Shown: positions 14,174 through 23,366 of the stretch, piece after piece
Layout: each line of letters opens with the position of its first letter
Numbering within the stretch: the first letter of the stretch is position 1
Source of the DNA: a virus
Taxonomy: Duplodnaviria; Caudoviricetes
DNA length: 24,218 nucleotides
Virus record (IMG/VR): IMGVR_UViG_3300035676_000046
Span: 1 to 24,218 of that record
Strand: one strand, 5' to 3'
Program-made: the position numbers and the translations under genes
The notes under the pieces: generated by a model
Told to the model about the DNA's origin: nothing
The model's input: the letters and a program-made list of their open reading frames with translations, nothing else
Database searches by the model: none

Positions 14174-16397
14174 TATATACTCGGTTGTAGAGAACCACGT
14201 TCCTTTAAGTATTATCAAGAATAAGAACAAAGGAAGGACTTGGCATTATGGATATAATGATAAGTACGATATGGTGGTCATCTCTAAGACCGGTCAGATA
14301 GGTCAGATAGTAAACATATCAGGACTACTGATTGCCTTACCTGCCGTTCCCGATGATGTTTATAAAAGAAATCATATAAAGAGTGAGCAGTATTGGGAAA
14401 GGGTTGACTTACCTAAAGAATTGCGTAAGATACAATCAATATTCCAATGGAATGTGATGCCGTCAGCGTTTAAATCTCAGTGGGTAGAGTATATCGAGAA
14501 GGAGTTTGACTACAGGGATGAGGGATATTGGTTTATGAATGCAGGAGAGCCTACCTATATCACAGGTTCTCACTATATGTACCTCCAATGGTCAAGTATT
14601 GACGTAGGATATCCCGATTACCGTGAGGCAAACAGGATATTTTTTATTTTTTGGGAGGCTTGTAAGGCTGACCCACGCTGTTTTGGGATGATTTATCTCA
14701 AGATTCGTCGTTCGGGATTCTCATTTATGTCATCATCAGAGTGTGTGAACACCGGAACTATCGTTCGCGATGCTCGTATTGGTATATTATCCAAGACGGG
14801 AGCTGATGCTAAGAAGATGTTCACCGATAAGGTCGTTCCAATCAATAGCAAATTGCCGTTTTTCTTCAAACCTATTATGGATGGTATGGATAAACCTAAG
14901 ACGGAGTTAGCATTTCGTGTTCCTGCCTCCAAGATTACCAAGAAGAATATGCACGAGGTGGCAAACAACGAATATGATGGCTTGGATACCACCATTGATT
15001 GGAAGAATACAGAGGAAAACTCCTATGACGGAGAGAAATTAGTCCTATTAGCCCACGACGAGAGTGGAAAGTGGATGAAACCTAACAACATCTTGAATAA
15101 TTGGCGTGTTACTAAGACGTGTTTGCGTTTAGGTAGCAAGATTATTGGTAAGTGTATGATGGGTTCGACCTCAAATGCGTTAAGCAAGGGGGGAGATAAC
15201 TTCAAGAAGCTATATGAAGACTCAAATGTCAACTCTCGTAATGCCAATGGGCAGACCAAGAGTGGAATGTACGCACTATTCATTCCTATGGAGTGGAATA
15301 TGGAAGGATTCATAGATATCTATGGTATGCCCGTACTAAGAAAACCAAAAGAGCCTTTAAAGGGGGTCGATGGTCAGATGATAAAGAATGGGGCTATTGA
15401 TTATTGGGAGGCAGAGGTTGAATCACTTAAGAATGACTCTGATGCGTTGAATGAATTTTATCGTCAGTTCCCAAGAACAGAGTCTCACGCTTTTAGGGAT
15501 GAGAGCAAACAATCGTTATTCAACTTAACAAAGATATATCAGCAGATAGACTACAATGACTCTATGATTAAGGAGCACTACCTTACTCGTGGTAACTTCC
15601 ATTGGAAGGATGGCGAGAAGGATACGAAGGTAGTATGGAGTCCTGAGAAGAATGGTAGGTTTATCGTTAGTTGGCTACCACCATTGCACCTTCAGAACAG
15701 ATACTTTGAGAAGAATGGATTGTATTATCCGGGAAATGAACATATGGGAGCATTTGGTTGTGACCCGTATGATATCTCGGCAGTGGTTGGAGGAAGGGGG
15801 TCTAATGGAGCGTTGCACGGTATGACAAAGTTCCACGTGGAAGAAGGTCCTGTGAATGAGTTCTTCTTGGAGTACATAGCACGACCACAGACGGCAGAGA
15901 TATTCTTTGAGGATGTACTGATGGCGTGTGTATTCTATGGTATGCCACTATTAGCAGAGAATAATAAGCCTCGTTTGCTGTATCACTTTAAGAATAGAGG
16001 ATACAGAGGTTTCTCTATGAATAGACCTGACAAGACATATGCGAAGTTATCAAAGACAGAGCGAGAGCTTGGAGGTATTCCAAACTCATCTGAGGATGTA
16101 AAACAAGCACACGCATCAGCGATAGAATCTTATATAGAGAAGTACGTAGGATTAGATTTAGCTAATACGTATAGACCATCGGATGAGATGGGGACTATGC
16201 CGTTCATTAGGACGTTAGAGAATTGGGCTAAATTTGAGATTGATAACAGAACAATGTATGATGCTGCTATCAGTTCGGGATTAGCGATTATGGCAAATCA
16301 AAAGCACCTCTATGTTCCTGAGAAAAAAGAATCGAAAATAAGTATTAACTTCGCAAGATACAGTAATGATGGAAATATAAGCCAATTAATTCAATGA
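14151..16397 (+). CDS. terL: Terminase large subunit
   Basis: Walker A-like KIRRSGFS, Walker B LLAHDESGKW, coupling GST, nuclease GCDPYD...ENN...YDAAISSGL; start codon uncertain (TTG). Confidence 0.9.
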   Translation: MLKEGQNSIYSVVENHVPLSIIKNKNKGRTWHYGYNDKYDMVVISKTGQIGQIVNISGLLIALPAVPDDVYKRNHIKSEQYWERVDLPKELRKIQSIFQWNVMPSAFKSQWVEYIEKEFDYRDEGYWFMNAGEPTYITGSHYMYLQWSSIDVGYPDYREANRIFFIFWEACKADPRCFGMIYLKIRRSGFSFMSSSECVNTGTIVRDARIGILSKTGADAKKMFTDKVVPINSKLPFFFKPIMDGMDKPKTELAFRVPASKITKKNMHEVANNEYDGLDTTIDWKNTEENSYDGEKLVLLAHDESGKWMKPNNILNNWRVTKTCLRLGSKIIGKCMMGSTSNALSKGGDNFKKLYEDSNVNSRNANGQTKSGMYALFIPMEWNMEGFIDIYGMPVLRKPKEPLKGVDGQMIKNGAIDYWEAEVESLKNDSDALNEFYRQFPRTESHAFRDESKQSLFNLTKIYQQIDYNDSMIKEHYLTRGNFHWKDGEKDTKVVWSPEKNGRFIVSWLPPLHLQNRYFEKNGLYYPGNEHMGAFGCDPYDISAVVGGRGSNGALHGMTKFHVEEGPVNEFFLEYIARPQTAEIFFEDVLMACVFYGMPLLAENNKPRLLYHFKNRGYRGFSMNRPDKTYAKLSKTERELGGIPNSSEDVKQAHASAIESYIEKYVGLDLANTYRPSDEMGTMPFIRTLENWAKFEIDNRTMYDAAISSGLAIMANQKHLYVPEKKESKISINFARYSNDGNISQLIQ
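16346..16353 (+). promoter_or_regulatory. Possible -7 box variant (TAACTTCG) inside the terL 3' end, driving the portal gene
   Basis: One mismatch to TAnnTTTG, followed by CA, 40 nt before the portal ATG. Confidence 0.35.
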
Positions 16398-18832
16398 AGA
16401 AAGATATACAAATTGAAATATTCAATACGAACTTCCCAAGCCAATTGGCTTCCGATGCAGAGAAAGCATCGGAGCAGTTTGGTTTGCAGGTAGGTCAGGC
16501 TATTCAGTATGAATGGTTCAGAAAGGATGGCACATCGTGTAGATACTATGCACAATGGAGAGATTTTCACCACGTTCGTTTGTATGCACGTGGAGAACAA
16601 CCTGTAGGAAAATACAAGAATGAGTTAGCTATTGATGGAGATTTATCTTACTTGAATTTAGATTGGACACCTGTCCCGATTCTACCGAAGTTTGTCGATG
16701 TAGTTGTTAATGGTATGTCAGACCGTTTGTTTAAGGTTAAGGCATACGCTCAGGATGCAATGTCTCAAGCTAAGAGAAGCAAGTATCAAGATTTGGTTGA
16801 ATCAGAAATGGTTGCAAAGCCTGTTCTTGATATTATTAAAGAGCAATCAGGAATTGACCCATTTATTACTAAAGAAGAAGAACTGCCTAATACTGATGAA
16901 GAGCTTTCATTGTATATGCAGTTAAATTATAAACCTGCGATTGAGATTGCAGAAGAAGAAGCTATCAATACTATTTTTGATGAGAACCACTATAATGATA
17001 CTCGTAAGCGTCTTGATTATGATATGACGGTATTGGGTATTGCTGTAGCAAAACACGAGTTCTTACCCGGAGCAGGAGTAAAGGTTTCTTATGTTGACCC
17101 TGCAAATGTGGTTTATAGCTACACGGAAGACCCATACTTCAGAGATTGTTTTTATTGGGGAGAAATTAAGACTATCCCTATTACAGAGTTATTAAAAATA
17201 AATCCATCGTTAACAAAGGAAGACTTGCAAGAGATTAGTATGTATAGTCAGGGATGGTATGATTATTATAATGTTGCACAATTTTATCAAAATAGTTTAT
17301 TTCATCGTGATACTTGTACTGTTCTCTATTTTAATTATAAGACTACAAAGAAGATGGTCTATAAGAAGAAGATTCTTGAGAACGGAGGAACGAGAGTAAT
17401 AGAGAAGGACGATAGTTTTAATCCTCCTAATGAGATGATGGAGGAAGGTCGTTTTGAGAAGATGGAGAAAACGATTGATGTATGGTATGAAGGCGTAATG
17501 GTAATGGGAACTAATATCCTATTGAAGTGGCAGATGAGTGAGAATATGGTTCGTCCTAAGTCTGCATCTCAACACGCTATACCAAACTATGTAGCTTGTG
17601 CTCCTCGTATGTACAAGGGAGTTATTGAGTCATTAGTGAGAAGAATGATTCCTTTTGCTGATTTAATTCAGATTACCCACTTAAAGTTACAGCAGGTAAT
17701 TGCACGAACAGTTCCTGATGGTGTATTCATTGATGCCGATGGATTAAATGAGGTTGACTTGGGAACAGGTAATGCTTATAATCCTGAGGATGCATTACGA
17801 TTATACTTTCAAACAGGTAGTGTTATTGGGAGGAGCTACACACAGGATGGCGAGTTTAACAATGCTCGTGTTCCTATTACGCAGCTTACATCCAATTCGG
17901 GGGCTTCTAAGACACAAATGTTATTGGCGAACTACAATCACTACTTGGATATGATTCGTTCTGTAACAGGCTTAAATGAAGCAAGGGATGGTAGTATGCC
18001 TGACCCTAACTCATTAGTTGGTGTTCAGAAGTTAGCAGCATTAAATTCCAATACAGCAACACGCCATATCCTTGATTCAGGATTGTTTATTTATAGAACA
18101 TTGGCTGAGGCGTTGACATATCGTGTGGCTGATATTCTACAATATGCTGACTTCAAAGATGACTTTGCTAATAAGATTGGAAAGTATAATGTATCTATCC
18201 TTAATGATATTAAGGACCTTTACATTTATGACTTTGGAATCTTTGTAGAGGTATCTCCTGATGAAGAGCAGAAAGCACAGCTTGAGGCTAATATTCAGAT
18301 GGCTCTATCTAAAGGGGATATTAATCTTGAGGATGCTATTGATATCCGTGAGATTAAGAACATTAAACTTGCTAATCAGTTATTGAAATTAAAGAGAACT
18401 CAGAAGCAGGATAGAGAAGAAAAGATGGAGATGCAAAAACAAGCGATGATTTCTCAGCAACAATTAAAGTCTCAAGAGTTAGCAGCACAGACAGCAATGC
18501 AAACTATTCAATCAGAAGCTCAGGTGAAGATGCAATTGAAACAAGCTGAAATATCTTATGAGATTGAAAAATTAAAAGTAGAGGCTGAATTAAAGAAAAT
18601 GTTGATGGCTGAGGAGTTTAATTATAGTATGCAGCTAAGTGGTATTAAGGAGACCAAGAAAAATCAAATAGAACAAGAAAAGGAGAAAGCAAAGAAGGAC
18701 CGTATAAGTCTTCAGAATACACAGCAATCAAAATTAATTAATCAACGCAAGAATAATCTTCCTCCGATGACCTTTGAGTCTAATGAGGATAGCTTGGATG
18801 GCTTTGATATGGCTGAGTTTGAGCCTCGATAA
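16394..18832 (+). CDS. Portal protein
   Basis: 812 aa after TerL; PILPKFVDVVVNG, IRSVTGLNEARDG and a long Q/E/K coiled-coil C-terminus typical of podovirus-like portals. Confidence 0.85.
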   Translation: MKKDIQIEIFNTNFPSQLASDAEKASEQFGLQVGQAIQYEWFRKDGTSCRYYAQWRDFHHVRLYARGEQPVGKYKNELAIDGDLSYLNLDWTPVPILPKFVDVVVNGMSDRLFKVKAYAQDAMSQAKRSKYQDLVESEMVAKPVLDIIKEQSGIDPFITKEEELPNTDEELSLYMQLNYKPAIEIAEEEAINTIFDENHYNDTRKRLDYDMTVLGIAVAKHEFLPGAGVKVSYVDPANVVYSYTEDPYFRDCFYWGEIKTIPITELLKINPSLTKEDLQEISMYSQGWYDYYNVAQFYQNSLFHRDTCTVLYFNYKTTKKMVYKKKILENGGTRVIEKDDSFNPPNEMMEEGRFEKMEKTIDVWYEGVMVMGTNILLKWQMSENMVRPKSASQHAIPNYVACAPRMYKGVIESLVRRMIPFADLIQITHLKLQQVIARTVPDGVFIDADGLNEVDLGTGNAYNPEDALRLYFQTGSVIGRSYTQDGEFNNARVPITQLTSNSGASKTQMLLANYNHYLDMIRSVTGLNEARDGSMPDPNSLVGVQKLAALNSNTATRHILDSGLFIYRTLAEALTYRVADILQYADFKDDFANKIGKYNVSILNDIKDLYIYDFGIFVEVSPDEEQKAQLEANIQMALSKGDINLEDAIDIREIKNIKLANQLLKLKRTQKQDREEKMEMQKQAMISQQQLKSQELAAQTAMQTIQSEAQVKMQLKQAEISYEIEKLKVEAELKKMLMAEEFNYSMQLSGIKETKKNQIEQEKEKAKKDRISLQNTQQSKLINQRKNNLPPMTFESNEDSLDGFDMAEFEPR

Positions 18833-18851
18833 AATATTTAAAAATATTACA

Positions 18852-18859
18852 TAACTTTG
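18852..18859 (+). promoter_or_regulatory. Bacteroidota -7 promoter box TAACTTTG
   Basis: Intergenic, 22 nt before ATG 18882. Confidence 0.65.
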
Positions 18860-18881
18860 TAACAAACTAAAATTTAATCAA

Positions 18882-19976
18882 ATGGAATTTAAAGTAAGAG
18901 CATTAGACATTGAACCAAAGAGTGTTCAAGAATTAGAGCAAGAGTTGCTTGAAAAGCACGAACAGGAAATGAATAATCAAAATCCTGAAAATGCAGTAGA
19001 GCAACCACAACAGGAAATAGAAATACCACAAGAGCAATCTGTGGATTTAAAAGAAGAAGACGTTCTTTCATATATTGGCAAAAGATACAATAAGCAGATT
19101 AACTCATTTGATGAGTTAATGGCTGAACGTAAAGAATCTGAACAGTTACCTGAGGATGTAGCTGCCTATCTTAAATACAAGAAAGAAACGGGCAGAGGAT
19201 TTGATGACTTCCTTAAATTAAATAAGGACTATGACTCAATGGACTCGGAAGATTTATTAAAAGATTACTTGCTTTCTACTCAAGAAGGGCTTGATGAGGA
19301 TGATGTAGATGTAATGTTAGATGAGTACCGATATGATGAGGACCTTGACGATGAGTCAACGGTAAAGAAAGTAAAGATTGCAAAAAAGAAAGTTATCGCT
19401 GAAGCGAAGAAATACTTCAATACTCAGAAGGAGAAATACAAGATGCCACTTGAGTCAAGTGGATTATCAGTTTCTAATGAAGAGAGAGAGCAGTATGAAT
19501 TGTATAAGCAATATCTTAGTGAGGCTAAGACCGTAGAAGAAGAAAACAACCGAAAAAGAAATTGGTTTGAGCAGAAGACAAATGAAGTTTTTAGTAAAGA
19601 GTTCAAAGGTTTTGAATTTAATATTAATGACAAGAAAATTTCCTTCGCTCCTTCGGATGCTGCTGAGTTAAAGAAAGTACAATCAAACCCATCAAACTTT
19701 ATTAATAGGTTTTTGGATGAGAATGGACTTGTCAAAGACGCAGCAGGATACCACAGGTCTTTAGCAGTAGCGATGAACCCTGAGAAGTTTGCAAAATACT
19801 TCTACGAGCAGGGTATGGCTGATGCAACAGATGATGTGATGCGTAAGACTAAGAATATTAATATGTCTGAACGCAGAGCACCGGAAGTTACTAAGTCTAA
19901 TGACGGTTTTCAGGTTAGAGCTGTGAATCCTGACTCCGGCAGAAACTTAAAAATTCGCAGTGCAAAACGATTATAA
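18882..19976 (+). CDS. Putative capsid scaffolding protein
   Basis: 364 aa, very acidic and helical; lies between portal and capsid genes. Confidence 0.65.
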   Translation: MEFKVRALDIEPKSVQELEQELLEKHEQEMNNQNPENAVEQPQQEIEIPQEQSVDLKEEDVLSYIGKRYNKQINSFDELMAERKESEQLPEDVAAYLKYKKETGRGFDDFLKLNKDYDSMDSEDLLKDYLLSTQEGLDEDDVDVMLDEYRYDEDLDDESTVKKVKIAKKKVIAEAKKYFNTQKEKYKMPLESSGLSVSNEEREQYELYKQYLSEAKTVEEENNRKRNWFEQKTNEVFSKEFKGFEFNINDKKISFAPSDAAELKKVQSNPSNFINRFLDENGLVKDAAGYHRSLAVAMNPEKFAKYFYEQGMADATDDVMRKTKNINMSERRAPEVTKSNDGFQVRAVNPDSGRNLKIRSAKRL

Positions 19977-19999
19977 ATAATTTAAAAACTTAAAACAAA

Positions 20000-21436
20000 A
20001 TGGCAAGTCAATTATTAGTGCCACCGGCAGGTCCTACGTATGCGTTACAACCTGCTCCTGAACAAGTGGCTTTACAATCAAACTACATTACTAACTTTCA
20101 ATTCTTAAATCAGTATCTTCCTGATACATACGAGAAAGAATTTGAGCGTTATGGTAATCGTACAATTTCATCTTTCCTACGTATGGTAGGTGCAGAGATG
20201 CCTTCAAACTCTGACCAAATTAAATGGGCAGAACAAGGACGTTTACATATTAAGTACACAAACTGTACTTCAGGGTCAGCAGCAGCTTCTTCAACGGCAA
20301 CATTCACTGTAGCCGATTCAGGTGTTACTTATATTGCTATCCGTGTTGGTCAAACAGTAATGATTCAAAACAACGCTTCAGGTGTTTACAACAAAGCAAT
20401 CGTTACAAATGTTCCTACAGCAACTACTTTTACAGTAGCTTACTATGAAGCAGCAGGTCAAGCATTTGCAATTTCTACTCAGTGTACTGTATTCATCTAT
20501 GGTTCTGAATTTAAGAAAGGTACTAATGGTATGATTGGTTCATTAGAAGGAGAAGATGATATCTACTCTAACAAGCCTATCATTATCAAGGATAAGTACG
20601 CTGTTAATGGTTCTGATATGGCTCAAATCGGTTGGGTAGAAGTAACAACTGAGAATGGTGCTACAGGATACTTATGGTACTTAAAGTCTGAGCACGAGAC
20701 TCGTCTTCGTTTTGAAGATTACTTAGAGACTGCTATGATTGAGGCTGTTCCTGCTGAGTCAGGTTCAGGTGCATTAGCTGCTTTAGGTGGTGTTGCAGGT
20801 GGTTCAGAAGGTATCTTCTACGTAGTAAACAATCGTGGTAACGTATGGGGTGGAGGTACACCAACTACTTTAGCTGATTGGGATACTATCGTGTCACGTT
20901 TAGATAAGCAGGGAGCTATCGAAGAGAACGTAGTATTTGTTAATCGTGGATTCTCATTCGACATTGACAATATGTTAGCAACACTTAACGGTTACAACGG
21001 TAGTGGTGTTTCTTCTTCTGCATCTTTCGGTTTATTCGACAATGACATCAATATGGCATTGAACTTAGGCTTCACAGGTTTCCGTCGTGGTTATGACTTC
21101 TATAAGTCTGATTGGAAATACTTGAACGACCCTACAATGCGTGGTGGTTTATCTACTACTGCTGCTACAGCAACAGGAACAGTAACAGGTATCTTAGTAC
21201 CGGCAGGTTCTACATCGGTTTACGACCAAATTATGGGCAAGAACGCAAAGCGTCCTTTCTTACACGTTCGTTACCGTGCTTCAGAAGCTGAAGACCGTCG
21301 TTACAAGACTTGGATTACAGGTTCTGCCGGAGGTGCTGCGACAAGCGACTTAGATGCTATGGAGGTTAACTTCTTATCTGAGCGTTGCGTATGTACTTTA
21401 GGTGCAAACAACTTCGTATTATTCCGTTTAGGATAA
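20000..21436 (+). CDS. Major capsid protein
   Basis: 478 aa after portal and scaffold; highly biased codons (CGT, GGT, TTC, AAC); followed by a terminator; IKWAEQGRLH and GSEFKKGT. Confidence 0.85.
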   Translation: MASQLLVPPAGPTYALQPAPEQVALQSNYITNFQFLNQYLPDTYEKEFERYGNRTISSFLRMVGAEMPSNSDQIKWAEQGRLHIKYTNCTSGSAAASSTATFTVADSGVTYIAIRVGQTVMIQNNASGVYNKAIVTNVPTATTFTVAYYEAAGQAFAISTQCTVFIYGSEFKKGTNGMIGSLEGEDDIYSNKPIIIKDKYAVNGSDMAQIGWVEVTTENGATGYLWYLKSEHETRLRFEDYLETAMIEAVPAESGSGALAALGGVAGGSEGIFYVVNNRGNVWGGGTPTTLADWDTIVSRLDKQGAIEENVVFVNRGFSFDIDNMLATLNGYNGSGVSSSASFGLFDNDINMALNLGFTGFRRGYDFYKSDWKYLNDPTMRGGLSTTAATATGTVTGILVPAGSTSVYDQIMGKNAKRPFLHVRYRASEAEDRRYKTWITGSAGGAATSDLDAMEVNFLSERCVCTLGANNFVLFRLG

Positions 21437-21456
21437 TTATTGTTAGTTTTAAAGGT

Positions 21457-21486
21457 GGAGTGTACTCGGGTACACTCCCCTTTTTT
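21457..21486 (+). terminator. Intrinsic terminator built on the dispersed GTGTAC-TCGG-GTACAC hairpin
   Basis: GGAGTGTAC-TCGG-GTACACTCC then CC and T6. Confidence 0.8.
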
Positions 21487-21516
21487 AAAAGTCAAACTTA
21501 AATTATATCATATCAA

Positions 21517-22260
21517 ATGAAACAAAAAATAGCACCAACAGACAAAATTTATAAGCTAAAGAACGGAACTCCGTTATCATATACATTAGCTTCAAGAAAT
21601 CATCCTCGTTTCCCATTACTATGGTTTGACGAAGAAAAAAATATTAATCGTACACTACGTTATAGTGTAAATCAAAAATCTCCTTTTGAGGATGAGCAGG
21701 ATGGAAATGCAGTATTAGAGCCAATTATTTTTGAGGACGGGTTTTTAAGAGTTGCAAAGAATAATCCTGTACTTCAAGAGTTCTTATATTACCACCCATT
21801 AAGAAATGTAATATTTGAAGAGGTTGACAAGGAGAAGGATGCTGCTGAAGAGATGGAGTATCTTAACTATGAAGCAGATGCTTTAATCGAGGCTCGTCAG
21901 TTAAGTATTGAACAGCTTGAGACACTTACTCGTGTAATGTTTGGTAAAGACCCATCAACGGTATCAACGGCAGAGTTAAAGAGAGACATCTTGGTATTTG
22001 CTAAAAATAACCCAATGGAGTTCTTAAACATCTTGAATGACCCGATGCTTAAATTCCAAGATAAGGTTCGTCAGTTCTTCGAGAATAAGTTACTACAATT
22101 TAGAAACAATGAGAAGGAGGTTTGGTTTAATACGCCAACCAACAAGAAGAAGATGATGTCTATTGCCTTTGGCGAAGACCCATACGAAGCAGTGTCATTA
22201 TATTTGAAGTCTGATGAGGGCATCGAGGCAATGAAAATGTTAGAAGTAACAATGGCTTAG
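21517..22260 (+). CDS. Conserved hypothetical protein downstream of the capsid gene
   Basis: 247-aa ORF, A-rich start context, flanked by terminators. Confidence 0.8.
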   Translation: MKQKIAPTDKIYKLKNGTPLSYTLASRNHPRFPLLWFDEEKNINRTLRYSVNQKSPFEDEQDGNAVLEPIIFEDGFLRVAKNNPVLQEFLYYHPLRNVIFEEVDKEKDAAEEMEYLNYEADALIEARQLSIEQLETLTRVMFGKDPSTVSTAELKRDILVFAKNNPMEFLNILNDPMLKFQDKVRQFFENKLLQFRNNEKEVWFNTPTNKKKMMSIAFGEDPYEAVSLYLKSDEGIEAMKMLEVTMA

Positions 22261-22291
22261 TAATCTACATAAATATAATTTATTGAAAAAG

Positions 22292-22319
22292 GAGGGTGCA
22301 TTTGTACCCTCTTTTTTTT
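22292..22319 (+). terminator. Intrinsic terminator
   Basis: GAGGGTGC-ATTT-GTACCCTC (one G-U pair) plus T8; A-run upstream. Confidence 0.8.
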
Positions 22320-22321
22320 CC

Positions 22322-22329
22322 TATATTTG
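22322..22329 (+). promoter_or_regulatory. Bacteroidota -7 promoter box TATATTTG
   Basis: 14 nt before ATG 22344; TTTG at 22301-22304 is a possible -33 box. Confidence 0.65.
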
Positions 22330-22343
22330 TAAAAACAATTAAG

Positions 22344-23354
22344 ATGATAAACGCTGTAAGAAACACGGTATTAGCCGTTCTTAATAAAAATAATTACGGG
22401 TACATCTCTCCTCAGGATTTTAATTTATATGCTAAACAGGCTCAAATGGAAATATTTGAGGAATACTTTAGTAGCTACAATAAATCTATCAATGCTGAGA
22501 ACGCTCGTATGTCAGGAACTGACTATGCAGATATTCGCAAGACAATGGCTGAGGTGATGGAGGGATTCTTAATGAAGAATAACTTATCTAATGGGGCAGG
22601 AGCACTTGGAAACAATTTCATTATACCATCGTTAGGAACAACAGGGGATGAGGCGTATATGATTAATACAATCATTACGTATCCTGTTATTCTTTCTACA
22701 GGAACAAATACAAGTGTAACAGGACCATTCTTTCAAACATTAATTGATACATTAGCCGATTTTGACCAAGAAGGAGTAAAAGTTGGAGATATAGTAGTAA
22801 ATCTTTCTATTCCAACAGGTCCTTCTAATAACGGTACTACAACTGTAGCATCTATTACTAATGCAAGTACATTAGTTTTAGCACAACCTTTATTTACAAC
22901 AGCAGGTGATAGCTATGCTATATTCTCAGCAGCAAGTGGTGTTGAAGCAGATAAGGTTCTTGAGAGTAAAATATTTATGTTGAATAGGTCTAACCTAACA
23001 ACACCATCAAATATTTTTCCTTCTTATGTTTTAAATAATCAAGTTGCTACATTAAACCAATCTGTAATTACAATGTACCCACAGACCATCAACACGTATG
23101 GACAGGTAGTGTGTACTTACTTTAGATATCCAAAAGACCCGAAGTGGACATACATTACGTTGTTTAATGGAGAGCCTTCGTTTGACCAATCACAACCCGA
23201 TTATCAAGATTTTGAATTACCTAATGAGGATGAGTTCAAGTTAGTAATGAAGATTCTTCAATACTGTGGTGTATCAATCCGTGAGATTGAAGTGGCTCAG
23301 TTTGGTATCGGTCAAGAGCAACACGAGCAACCGACATTCAGTCAACAACAATAA
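22344..23354 (+). CDS. Putative head-tail connector/tail ring protein
   Basis: Start moved to ATG 22344; INAVRNTVLAVLNKNNYGYISPQDFNLYAKQAQ...YFRYPKDPKW; position after the head genes. Confidence 0.6.
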   Translation: MINAVRNTVLAVLNKNNYGYISPQDFNLYAKQAQMEIFEEYFSSYNKSINAENARMSGTDYADIRKTMAEVMEGFLMKNNLSNGAGALGNNFIIPSLGTTGDEAYMINTIITYPVILSTGTNTSVTGPFFQTLIDTLADFDQEGVKVGDIVVNLSIPTGPSNNGTTTVASITNASTLVLAQPLFTTAGDSYAIFSAASGVEADKVLESKIFMLNRSNLTTPSNIFPSYVLNNQVATLNQSVITMYPQTINTYGQVVCTYFRYPKDPKWTYITLFNGEPSFDQSQPDYQDFELPNEDEFKLVMKILQYCGVSIREIEVAQFGIGQEQHEQPTFSQQQ

Positions 23355-23366
23355 AAATTATAATCA

